Positions 36,409 through 45,182 of a stretch of DNA of 64,000 nt are shown one piece after another (position 1 is the stretch's first letter; every line of letters begins with the position of its first letter). Source of the DNA: Phycisphaerales bacterium (GTDB lineage: Bacteria; Planctomycetota; Phycisphaerae; Phycisphaerales; SM1A02); the NCBI GenBank assembly GCA_041580235.1, contig JBFGEG010000004.1, forward strand, positions 1,472-65,471. The letters run 5' to 3'. Made by a program: the position numbers and the translations under genes. A model generated the notes under the pieces. That model had not been told where the DNA came from, searched no databases, and saw only the letters and a program-made list of their open reading frames with translations.

Positions 36409-36857
36409 GCGCGAGCCACATCACCGACGAGGAGTTCCTGGCCCGGTTCGAGGCGCGTACGCTGCCGTTCGAGAAATGGACGCACCGCGCCCACGTCAAG
36501 GTCGCCTATCTGTACCTCAAGGATCACTCTGTTCAGGAAGCAACCGAGCGAATGCGGGCCGGCATCAAGGCGTACAACGCCGCGCACCACGTGCCCCAGG
36601 GCCCGGGTGAGGGCTACAACGAGACGATGACGGTGGCGTTCATGCAGATCATCGACGCGACGATGCAGGCCTACGGCGCGATGTTCCCGGTGAGCAACGC
36701 CGACGAGTTCTGCGACACCCACCCCCACCTGCTGCACAAGACGCTCATGCGTCTTTTCTACTCGCCGCGCGGTCGCGACCTCGAGGCCGAGGAGCACGGC
36801 TTCGTGGAGCCCGACATGTGCCCGTTGCCCCGCTATGAGCCGGCACCCGCTTCATGA
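36405..36857 (+). CDS. hypothetical protein, translationally coupled to the ParB-like gene
   Basis: GTG start shares a GTGA overlap with the ParB-like stop. 150 aa with coding-like codon usage; no domain recognised. Confidence 0.55.
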   Translation: MSASHITDEEFLARFEARTLPFEKWTHRAHVKVAYLYLKDHSVQEATERMRAGIKAYNAAHHVPQGPGEGYNETMTVAFMQIIDATMQAYGAMFPVSNADEFCDTHPHLLHKTLMRLFYSPRGRDLEAEEHGFVEPDMCPLPRYEPAPAS

Positions 36858-36866
36858 CGTGCCGGC

Positions 36867-37757
36867 TTACGGGCGGTCCGGGCCCGCGACGATCTTGTCC
36901 ATCATCCGTGAGACGTGGGGCGGGAACCCTCTGAGCCGGTCCCATCCGGCCCGAGAGTCATACCGATCGGGCTTGAGGTTCGAGCCGGTGCTCACGTTCA
37001 GATGCAGCATGATGCGGGTGGAGGTTTCCTTGTACACGGCGCGATGGAAGCCGTTTCCGGCATCGAAGAGGAACAGCGTGCCCTTGGGGCCGGTGACCGG
37101 CTCCATGCGATAGCGTCGGGCCACGTCGTGCTGGGAGATGCTGCCTCGGTCGGTGAAGTGGGTGGTCTGCTGCCACTGCCGATGGGTGCCGAGCGCATAC
37201 TCCATGTGCGTGTCGCTCTCGGTGACGTCGTTGAGCAGGAGCATGTAGCTGATCTGATGGATGCCGCCGTCCTTGTGATAGAGGCCCTGGTTGTGCGGGC
37301 GGTTCCTGCCGCTGTAGGACGTGTTCACGATCACCGGATAGTTGCGGTAGTACGGCTGGCGGTGGAAGTAGTTGTAGAGCATGCCGAGCAGATCCCGGTG
37401 AAAGTACAGATGCTCCAGGGCCGGATCCTTGAACGAGAGCGAGGCAACGTACGGGCGGTCGATCTCCGGTTGGGATTGGATCCTGACGATATGGTCATGC
37501 GAGACGTCGCCGCCGTCGCGCGCGAAGCGCTCGAGCTGCGGCAGGTAGCGCTGACACAAGTGCTCGGCGACGGGCAGGAACTCACCGGGGATACGGACGA
37601 GACCACCTGACCGCAGCGTCTCCAGATAGCCACGATACGTCGGGGAGATCGGCACGCTCGGCCGGAGCACGTTGGGGGTGAGATAGTACGCCTGCCGCGC
37701 GCGGAACTGCGCCTCGGCATAGCACGCTCTGGTGACTCGGCGCAGCGTTCCCTGCAT
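36867..37757 (-). CDS. putative Fe(II)/2-oxoglutarate-dependent oxygenase (PhyH-like)
   Basis: Candidate HxD...H facial triad (LYHKDGG ... GNGFHRAV). G+C is visibly lower than in neighbouring genes. The product call is tentative. Confidence 0.55.
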   Translation of the reverse strand: MQGTLRRVTRACYAEAQFRARQAYYLTPNVLRPSVPISPTYRGYLETLRSGGLVRIPGEFLPVAEHLCQRYLPQLERFARDGGDVSHDHIVRIQSQPEIDRPYVASLSFKDPALEHLYFHRDLLGMLYNYFHRQPYYRNYPVIVNTSYSGRNRPHNQGLYHKDGGIHQISYMLLLNDVTESDTHMEYALGTHRQWQQTTHFTDRGSISQHDVARRYRMEPVTGPKGTLFLFDAGNGFHRAVYKETSTRIMLHLNVSTGSNLKPDRYDSRAGWDRLRGFPPHVSRMMDKIVAGPDRP

Positions 37758-37802
37758 TGGCGTTGCTCCGGTCGGATCGCCCGCGGACCTTACGGCATTC
37801 GT

Positions 37803-39359
37803 TCAGCTTCGTCCAACCAGCCGCCGGGTTCCCTTCGCCATCGGCCGCGGGCGCACGGGGCCGCCGTAATGCCGGATGAAGTTGCCCATGATCCGGTCAA
37901 CGGTCGGCGTCTTGCGGATGTGACGGTTGTCGTCGGCGTAGGGCCAGTCCGGCAGACGCGTCGCGATCTCGTAGCTTGGGAAGTAGATCACATCGGGATG
38001 GGATCGGCAGAAGGCATCGATGGCGACCCGCAGCACGGCCTTGCTCACGGTGTCCGACACCACGGCGTGGCGATCGAGATAGGTCGCCAGCAGCGGCACC
38101 GGGCTCAGCGTGACGACCAGACGAAGGCCGGGATTGGCGGTGCGGACGATGCCGTAGATGCGCTCGAGGTTGTCCACGTTCTCGGCGACGGTGAGCAGCG
38201 CGTGCTCGTGGCGGTCCGGGTCGTGGATCTCCGGGGGCGGCATGAGGTGAAAGACGCAGCCGTCACGTCGGTTCCGCCAGACCTCGGACAGGCCCAGGGT
38301 GACGATGAGGACCTCCGAGTCGCGTAGCATCCGCCGCACGGCGTCGAAGTGCGCGGCCCGCTCGGCCTCGGCGGAGGCCTCGTCCGGCCAGCAGATCGCC
38401 TTGCGGTAGGGATCGAAGAGCCACTCGTCCACGGGCCAGTAACGCTCGTCGGCGTCGAAGCCCTCGCACGCCCACTCCATGAGCTGGCGGAGGCTTCCGG
38501 TGTTGAAGATCGGCCCGCAGCGAACCGAGCCCATGTTCGCCATGGGGCCGTCCTCGAACTGGCAGAAGTTGTAACCGTGCTCCACGAGCCACTTCTTGAA
38601 CCGCACGGCGAAGCAGCTTCCCACCACCGAGATCCGCGTGTCGGGCGTGATCAGCCCCGGCTCCGGCCGGGTGACGAAGTCGTCGTTGCGGATGTCGTCG
38701 ATGGGCCTCTGGTCGCTGCCGGGATACAGCTGGTGGGGCTTGAAGATGTCGGGGATCGAAAGACGCAGCGCATGCAGGTGAACCCGGTACGACGGAGTCT
38801 CCAGCAGCGTCACGTAATCCATCACCGGCTCGACCGTGCCGGGAACGCGGTCGGGCGGTCGCCGGGGCTGTGTCACCGTCGGCCGGGGCACCGCGGCGTG
38901 CCGTGTCACGGGGCCGCCCGATGCGCGCTGACGCACCAGGAGACCCGGAAACGTCTCATAGGGCCCGTCGGGGAGGTCTTCGTAGAGCCCGACGACGGCG
39001 GGACGGCGGCCGGGCTTCGCCCGCGCCGCCCAGCGCCGCGCCCGCGCGCCCAGCTGCTCCTGAAGGGTGTCGGTCGAGATGACCACCGCAGCGACTGACG
39101 AGGGGTCCGTCGATTCGGGGTCGCGCACGGGAATGCCTTCGATCTCGCTTGTCTCGCCGGGCCCGTCGTCGAAGATCACGATCACCGACGGGCCCCCCTC
39201 CTGGTCGCGAACGATGCGTAGCAGGCGGTGCGTGTGCCTGCCCGCGCCGTAGAGGGCGATCGGGCGACCGGCCGTTTCGAAGCCGATGCGGCGCCAGGCT
39301 TCCCTGAGATACAGCGACCTGAACCACGAGGCGAGATCGCTGGGCGTGTGCTTCGTCAC
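37803..39359 (-). CDS. GSCFA-domain protein
   Basis: Literal GSCFA motif (VVGSCFAVRFKKWL). The C-terminal half matches the GSCFA family pattern. The N-terminal ~200 aa is Rossmann-like (IALYGAGRHT). Confidence 0.8.
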   Translation of the reverse strand: MTKHTPSDLASWFRSLYLREAWRRIGFETAGRPIALYGAGRHTHRLLRIVRDQEGGPSVIVIFDDGPGETSEIEGIPVRDPESTDPSSVAAVVISTDTLQEQLGARARRWAARAKPGRRPAVVGLYEDLPDGPYETFPGLLVRQRASGGPVTRHAAVPRPTVTQPRRPPDRVPGTVEPVMDYVTLLETPSYRVHLHALRLSIPDIFKPHQLYPGSDQRPIDDIRNDDFVTRPEPGLITPDTRISVVGSCFAVRFKKWLVEHGYNFCQFEDGPMANMGSVRCGPIFNTGSLRQLMEWACEGFDADERYWPVDEWLFDPYRKAICWPDEASAEAERAAHFDAVRRMLRDSEVLIVTLGLSEVWRNRRDGCVFHLMPPPEIHDPDRHEHALLTVAENVDNLERIYGIVRTANPGLRLVVTLSPVPLLATYLDRHAVVSDTVSKAVLRVAIDAFCRSHPDVIYFPSYEIATRLPDWPYADDNRHIRKTPTVDRIMGNFIRHYGGPVRPRPMAKGTRRLVGRS

Positions 39360-39417
39360 GTCCGGAGTTATCGGCCCGGCTCCGCGGGCGGCTGCACAAG
39401 GGGCGTACCATCAACGG

Positions 39418-40047
39418 ATGGGCGTGAAACGCGAGGACATCACGCGGATGCTCAAGGACGTCAACGACGGCCGGGACGGCGCGATGGACGAGCTGATGAA
39501 GGTCGTCTACGACGACCTTCAGAAGGTCGCCGAGGGGCACATGGCGAAGCGTTTCGGCCGCGGGCTGGCCGGCATCACGATGGAGCCGGCCGCGCTGGTC
39601 AACGAGTCATTCCTGGACATCATCAGGCAGCGCAAGGCCTATGACAACCGCGGCCAGTTCTTCGCGATCGCCACGAAGATCATGCTGCGCGTCCTGGTTG
39701 ACTACCAGCGACGCCGGGCGGCCGCCAAACGCGGCGGCGACGTGCAGAAGGTGACGCTGGACCTGAACCGGCACGCCGCGTCCGATGACGGCCGGGGGCG
39801 CACGGAGGGCGGGGGTTCGCAGATCGAGGTCGAGGCACTTGTGGAAGCGCTGGAGCGGCTCGAGACCGTCGATTCACGCAAGGCGGACGTCGTCAAGCTG
39901 AAGGTCATCTGGGGTCTCGCAATGCGCGAGATCGCCGGGTCGCTGGAGATCTCGGTGGCGACGGTGGAGCGGGACTGGGCGTTCGCCAAGGCCTGGCTGG
40001 CCCGCGAGGCCGCGATGAGGGACGGCCCGGCGGAATCCCGCGTGTAA
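39418..40047 (+). CDS. ECF sigma factor of the Ser/Thr-kinase-associated type (TIGR02999/ECF43-like)
   Basis: N-terminus ITRMLKDVNDGRDGAMDELMKVVYDDL..VA...M.....G.TMEPAALVNESFL.I, typical of this subgroup. Region 4 IWGLAMREIAGSLEISVATVERDWAFAKAWL. Start ATG 39418. Confidence 0.85.
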   Translation: MGVKREDITRMLKDVNDGRDGAMDELMKVVYDDLQKVAEGHMAKRFGRGLAGITMEPAALVNESFLDIIRQRKAYDNRGQFFAIATKIMLRVLVDYQRRRAAAKRGGDVQKVTLDLNRHAASDDGRGRTEGGGSQIEVEALVEALERLETVDSRKADVVKLKVIWGLAMREIAGSLEISVATVERDWAFAKAWLAREAAMRDGPAESRV

Positions 40048-40054
40048 GGGTGGC

Positions 40055-42148
40055 ATGATGACGAACGACCGACTCCACAGGATCGAGGAGCTCTTTCACA
40101 AGGCGAGGGTGCTGGATCCCGCCGACCGCGCCTCCTTCCTGGATGAAGAGTGTGATGCCGCGCTGGACCTGCGGGCGGAGGTGGAATCGCTTCTGGCCCA
40201 CACCGACAGCGGCACCTCGCGGATGAAGCTCCGCCCGGACGACAGCGTGACGAAGGCGGTCCTGGTCGATCGAGGCCCCGTGTCGGAGGGTCCCGGCACT
40301 CGGATCGGCCCCTACAAGATCCTCCAGCAGATCGGCGAGGGCGGCTTCGGCGTCGTCTACATGGCCGAGCAGCAGGAGCCGGTTCAGCGCCGGGTCGCCC
40401 TCAAGATCATCAAGCTCGGCATGGACACGAAGCAGGTCATCGCCCGCTTCGAGGCCGAGCGGCAGGCCCTGGCCATGATGGATCATCCCAACATCGCCCG
40501 GGTGCTGGACGCCGGCGCGACCGAGACGGGGCGGCCCTACTTCGTGATGGAGCTCGTCAAGGGCATCTCCGTCACCGAGTACTGCGACAAGGGCAAGCTC
40601 TCCATGCGGCAGCGTCTGGATCTCTTTCTCGACGTGTGCCACGCCGTGCAGCACGCCCACCAGAAGGGCGTCATTCATCGGGACATCAAGCCGTCCAACG
40701 TGCTCGTGACGCTTCACGACACCAGGCCCGTTCCCAAGGTGATCGACTTCGGCATCGCCAAGGCGACGAGTCACAGGCTCACGGAGAAGACCCTCTTCAC
40801 GGAGTTCCGCTACTTCATCGGAACGCCCGAGTACATGAGCCCCGACCAGGCCGAGATCAGCGGCCTCGACGTGGACACCCGCACCGACATCTACTCCCTG
40901 GGCGTGCTGCTCTACGAGCTGTTGACGGGCACGACCCCGTTCGACTCCCAGACGCTGCGAGCGGGCGGCTACGGGGAGATCCAGCGGATCATCCGGGAGG
41001 TGGAGCCGCCCAAGCCGTCGACGCGGCTGGGAACGCTCGAGGGCAAGGAAGGGACCGACATCGCCCTGTTCAGGCGGGCCGAGCCCGGATCGCTCAGCCG
41101 GCTCATGCGCGGCGACCTGGACTGGGTGGTCATGAAGGCCCTGGAGAAGGACCGCACCCGGCGGTACCAGTCCGCGAGCGAGCTCGCCGGCGACATCGAG
41201 CGGTACCTCGAGAACCAGCCGGTGATCGCGGGGCCGCCGAGCGTCGGGTACAAGTTCCGCAAGTTCGTGCAGCGTCACCGGCTGGGGGTCACCGCGGTCG
41301 CGCTGATCGCGGTCGCGCTCGTGACCGGTCTCGGGCTGGCGACGGCCGGCTTCGTCCAGGCCCGACGCGAGGCGCAACGCTCCCAGCAGATCGCCGACTT
41401 CCTTCAGAGTCTGTTTGTCTCGACGAGCCCCGACCAGGCGATCTCCGCCGACGCCGACGTCGAGCGGGTGCTGGTCACGGCCCGCGAAGTCTTCGGCAAC
41501 GACCACGCCACCGTCGCGGCGACGCTGAGCAGCCGGGCGCTCCAGCTCCAGTCCGAGGGCGACCTCGAGGGCGCCGAGGCGCTCTACCGCGAGTCCATGC
41601 GGCTCTGGAGCGAGCAGTTCGGCGCAGACGACATCCACGTCGCCAACACGCTCGGCCGCCTTGGCATCCTGCTGGTGACCAAGGGTGACGACGAGGCCGC
41701 CGAGGAAGCACTGCGTGAGTCCGTGCGGATCGCCCTGGCGCAGCCGGGGGCGGACAACCTCGCGGTGAGCGAGACGCTGGCCGTGCTGGGCGGGTTTCTC
41801 GTCAACCAGAGCAAGTTCGACGAAGCGGCGGCGTTCCTGAGGGAGTCGATTCGCATTCGAAAGCAGCTGGCGCCGCACCAGCGGTTCCAGATCGCCCTGA
41901 CCATCAACTCCCTGGTCAACGTGGTCGCCATGGCGGGCATGGACGCGGAGGCCGACGAGCTGATGCCCGAGCTGCTCGAGTCGTGGCGACGGGCGGTCCC
42001 GGCCGACAGCACCTTCCTGGCCCGCGTGCTCATCGACATCGCCGCGCAGTGGCACTTCGGGCGTGGCGAGTATGACACGGCAGAACCGCTACTCGTGGAG
42101 GCGCTGAACATCTTTCGAAACAGCGGGTCGCCCGTGAACCGGCCGTAG
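40055..42148 (+). CDS. Ser/Thr protein kinase, single TM, TPR-repeat C-terminal region (ends at in-frame TAG)
   Basis: Kinase motifs GEGGFGVVY, VALKIIK, HRDIKPSNVL, DFGIAK, GTPEYMSPDQ. TM LGVTAVALIAVALVTGLGLA, then TPR-like repeats. Confidence 0.92.
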   Translation: MMTNDRLHRIEELFHKARVLDPADRASFLDEECDAALDLRAEVESLLAHTDSGTSRMKLRPDDSVTKAVLVDRGPVSEGPGTRIGPYKILQQIGEGGFGVVYMAEQQEPVQRRVALKIIKLGMDTKQVIARFEAERQALAMMDHPNIARVLDAGATETGRPYFVMELVKGISVTEYCDKGKLSMRQRLDLFLDVCHAVQHAHQKGVIHRDIKPSNVLVTLHDTRPVPKVIDFGIAKATSHRLTEKTLFTEFRYFIGTPEYMSPDQAEISGLDVDTRTDIYSLGVLLYELLTGTTPFDSQTLRAGGYGEIQRIIREVEPPKPSTRLGTLEGKEGTDIALFRRAEPGSLSRLMRGDLDWVVMKALEKDRTRRYQSASELAGDIERYLENQPVIAGPPSVGYKFRKFVQRHRLGVTAVALIAVALVTGLGLATAGFVQARREAQRSQQIADFLQSLFVSTSPDQAISADADVERVLVTAREVFGNDHATVAATLSSRALQLQSEGDLEGAEALYRESMRLWSEQFGADDIHVANTLGRLGILLVTKGDDEAAEEALRESVRIALAQPGADNLAVSETLAVLGGFLVNQSKFDEAAAFLRESIRIRKQLAPHQRFQIALTINSLVNVVAMAGMDAEADELMPELLESWRRAVPADSTFLARVLIDIAAQWHFGRGEYDTAEPLLVEALNIFRNSGSPVNRP

Positions 42149-42151
42149 GTC

Positions 42152-42706
42152 ATGGCGGTCCGGGTCCTCTTCAAGATCAGTATGAGCCGCGGCGATCCCG
42201 CCGCGGCGCTGCCGATCGCCCGCGAGCAGGTCGAGCTCGCCCGCGAGTGGGAGCACGGAGCGCGGCTCGACGACGCACTCAAGGAGCTTGGCAACACGGC
42301 GTGGCAGATCGCCCGCGAGCCGCAACAGCCCGAGCAGGATTATCGCGCGGCACTCGACGCCATCGAGCTGGTGCTCGCCGAGAAGCCCGACGGCGCCGCC
42401 TACATCAACACGAAGGGCATCCTGCACTACCGCCTCGGCGACGACGAAGCCGCCCTGGAGACCCTTGCCCGCTCGCACGCCCACTACTCGCAGCAGTACC
42501 AGGGCGGAGTGCCCGCCGATCTCGCGTTCATGGCGATGGCCCACCACCGGCTCGGCCACGCAAAGGAGGCCCGCCAGGCCATGACGCAGCTCCGGGGGGC
42601 GATGAGCAACCCGGATCTCGGCCAGTCCGAGGACAACCGCAAGCACATGGAGGAGGCCGAGGCTCTTCTCGGCGTCATCGATCCGGAGGATCCCGGCCGT
42701 GACTGA
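42152..42706 (+). CDS. TPR-like protein; same frame as the kinase and likely its severed C-terminus
   Basis: Separated from the kinase ORF only by TAG plus one GTC codon, in the same reading frame (42152-40055 is divisible by 3). Helical-repeat sequence continues. Confidence 0.55.
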   Translation: MAVRVLFKISMSRGDPAAALPIAREQVELAREWEHGARLDDALKELGNTAWQIAREPQQPEQDYRAALDAIELVLAEKPDGAAYINTKGILHYRLGDDEAALETLARSHAHYSQQYQGGVPADLAFMAMAHHRLGHAKEARQAMTQLRGAMSNPDLGQSEDNRKHMEEAEALLGVIDPEDPGRD

Positions 42707-43352
42707 CATGATCGATCTTGCCGACTCCATCCCCGGCCGCGTTGTGAAGATCGTGGACGCCCGCGGCCGCGAGACGACCCAGCTCGACCCGCTGCGCATG
42801 CACCTGATGCCGCGTCGGGGCGCGATCGAGCCCCGTGAGCTGGAGCAGATCGTCGAGTCCATCGTCCCCGGACGGGCCAGGTGCCGGCCGCTGGCCCTCG
42901 TCGCGCTCGTGCTCGGCGTGCTCTTGCTGGGGGGCTTCGGAGCCGCGGTCCTGCTCGAGGGCCGGGTGGCGTGGAAGGACCTCGTCAGCACCCTCACCAA
43001 CCCGGCGATCCTGGCGCCGAGCCTCGCGGGGATCGTCTTTCTCCCGGTGTGGCTCGCCCGACGTCGGCGGGCTCAACGCCACCGGGTCACGGCGGTTCTG
43101 CTCAAGCACCGCCGCTGTCCGCACTGCGGTTACGGGCTGACGGGCCTGCCCGTTGATCCGGCGGACGGGGTCACGGTGTGCCCGGAGTGCGCCGCCGCGT
43201 GGCGGCTCGACGACCCCGCGATCGATCGGCACTGCGCGGCCGGCGTGGACTGTGCCCTGTCCGGCCGCACGTGCCGGATCAAGCTGGTGCTTTTCGGGCT
43301 GACCGTCGCCGCGGTCGGGGCGACGGTCCTGTTCGTGTTCGCGCGCGGCTGA
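42699..43352 (+). CDS. hypothetical membrane protein with zinc-ribbon (CPHCGY...CPEC)
   Basis: GTG 42699 lies 8 nt after GGAGGA and overlaps the previous stop. Has 2-3 TMs and a CxxC...CxxC motif. Confidence 0.55.
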   Translation: MTDMIDLADSIPGRVVKIVDARGRETTQLDPLRMHLMPRRGAIEPRELEQIVESIVPGRARCRPLALVALVLGVLLLGGFGAAVLLEGRVAWKDLVSTLTNPAILAPSLAGIVFLPVWLARRRRAQRHRVTAVLLKHRRCPHCGYGLTGLPVDPADGVTVCPECAAAWRLDDPAIDRHCAAGVDCALSGRTCRIKLVLFGLTVAAVGATVLFVFARG

Positions 43353-43358
43353 ACGGGC

Positions 43359-44009
43359 TCAGGCGCTTCCCATCATCTTGATGAAGGAGTCGGCCTCGGC
43401 GATGGCCGCCTCCATCTCTTCGACCAGCGCCGCGATGTCGGACTCGAGCGCCACGACCTCGCCCTGCAGCGATGCGATGGCCTGCGCGTTGAGATTGTGC
43501 TTCAGATACAGCACGTGGTCCCGGAACGCGACGAGGACCGGCTCCATACGGCCCTCCGCCCGCTTCATCGTCCGCAGGAGCTGATCGTATCGGTCCTGGG
43601 TCGTGCGGAGCTGCTCCTGGCTGCGGCGTCGCAGGTCCGCGCTCGAGTACTGGGTCAGCTCGCGCTCCCACTCCTCGAACAACGCACCGGAAACGTCCTC
43701 GATTCCGCTGATACGGTCCCGCACACGTGTGGCGTCCGCCTCGCAGCGCTCCAGCTCGGTCGCGAGCTGGTCGTATTTGACACGCAGGTCACCGCCCTGG
43801 ACGCCCACCACCGCGGTGAACTGCTCAAGGGCGTTCTGGAACTGCGTCTTGGCCTCCTGCTGCTCGTCACGCGCCGACTCCACCCGCGAGACGAGGATGT
43901 CCCGCTTGTGCTGGCCGAGCTTCTCCATCGCCCCGTAGTACACCGACTGGCAGCCGGCCAGGCACAGGACACCGGTCATCGTGACGTTTCGCATCGTGAG
44001 CAATCGCAT
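43359..44009 (-). CDS. DUF2959-family lipoprotein
   Basis: Lipobox VLCLAGC, then YYGAMEKLGQHKRDILVSRVE.ARDEQ.EAK.QF..ALE.F, the family pattern as I recall it. Coiled-coil rich. Confidence 0.75.
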   Translation of the reverse strand: MRLLTMRNVTMTGVLCLAGCQSVYYGAMEKLGQHKRDILVSRVESARDEQQEAKTQFQNALEQFTAVVGVQGGDLRVKYDQLATELERCEADATRVRDRISGIEDVSGALFEEWERELTQYSSADLRRRSQEQLRTTQDRYDQLLRTMKRAEGRMEPVLVAFRDHVLYLKHNLNAQAIASLQGEVVALESDIAALVEEMEAAIAEADSFIKMMGSA

Positions 44010-44243
44010 CGAACAGCTCCCTGCGGCTCCCTGGTCAAAGGCGGGCATTGTATCGAGTGCGGTCGCGGGCGTTTCCGACGGCCGCTCACCCGCCAACCAG
44101 GCTCCGGTAATCCGGTCCTCGTTGTGTCGGCGGGCGACACGCGGGCTTGCCCCGCTTCCCCGCGGCCGCGGTCTCAAGGTGGGGGGATCGGCAGCCGACG
44201 TCATAGGGAATACGCCGGGGCCGAGATCGGCGGGGGGGCTGTC

Positions 44244-45182
44244 GTGCGGGACCAGCAGATCGATCGTTCACCGGGGAGCCCGAAGTCGAACCAGCCTGCG
44301 GAGGAGCTGGCGGCCGCCCTCCGGGAGCTCCAGACCACACAGAGCCATCTCGCCCAGTCGGAGAAGATGGCCTCCATCGGCCAGCTGGCGGCCGGCGTGG
44401 CCCACGAGATCAACAACCCGATCGGTTTCATCTCGAGCAACTTGAACTCCCTGCGGCAGTACGTGAAGGATCTCCAGCGCATGTTCGCCGCCTACCACGA
44501 GCTCGTAGGGGCACACGGGCCGGGTGGCTCGAAGCTGGACGCGAGGCTGGACGAGATCCAGCGTGTTCGCGAGGAGATCGATCTCGATTTCATTCTCGCG
44601 GATGTGACGGATCTCATCAGCGAGTCGATCGAGGGCGCCAACCGTGTTCGCGAGATCGTTGCCGACCTCCGCGACTTCGCCCACGTTGACAGCCCGGACG
44701 TCGCCGAGGAGGACGTCAACGATCTCCTGGACAAGACGATCAACGTCGCCTGGAACGAGCTCAAGTACAAGGCCGACATCGTCCGTGAGTTCGGCGACGT
44801 TCCGGGGCTGCCGTGCTACGGAGGCAAGCTCGGACAGGTCTTCCTGAATCTGCTGGTCAATGCCGCCCAGGCCATCGCGGATCACGGCACCATCACCATC
44901 CGCACGGGTCACGACGGGGACATCGTCTGGATCGAGGTCGCCGACACCGGTTGCGGCATGCCGGCCGAGATCCTCAGCCGCGTCTTCGAGCCGTTCTTCA
45001 CGACCAAGGAGATGGGCCGGGGCACGGGTCTGGGGCTGCACCTCGCCTACAAGATCGTGGAAGCCCACGGGGGCCGGATCGATGTCCGGAGCACGGCAGG
45101 CGCCGGCACGATGTTCCGCATCGAGCTGCCGGTCACCGGTCCTCCCGAAGCGAAGGAGAGCCACGGTGAACTCGCCGCTTGA
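44244..45182 (+). CDS. soluble histidine kinase (no TM or sensor domain)
   Basis: H-box [18 protein letters not shown]-box [13 protein letters not shown]-boxes DTGCGM and GTGLGLH. GTG 44244 follows a G-rich tract. The upstream part of ORF 43497..45182 is antisense to the DUF2959 gene. Confidence 0.85.
   Translation: MRDQQIDRSPGSPKSNQPAEELAAALRELQTTQSHLAQSEKMASIGQLAAGVAHEINNPIGFISSNLNSLRQYVKDLQRMFAAYHELVGAHGPGGSKLDARLDEIQRVREEIDLDFILADVTDLISESIEGANRVREIVADLRDFAHVDSPDVAEEDVNDLLDKTINVAWNELKYKADIVREFGDVPGLPCYGGKLGQVFLNLLVNAAQAIADHGTITIRTGHDGDIVWIEVADTGCGMPAEILSRVFEPFFTTKEMGRGTGLGLHLAYKIVEAHGGRIDVRSTAGAGTMFRIELPVTGPPEAKESHGELAA

Noticed and set aside
39905-42055. 716-aa minus-strand ORF opposite the Ser/Thr kinase
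   Set aside because: It is an antisense shadow of a gene carrying all Hanks kinase motifs. It has low-complexity composition.
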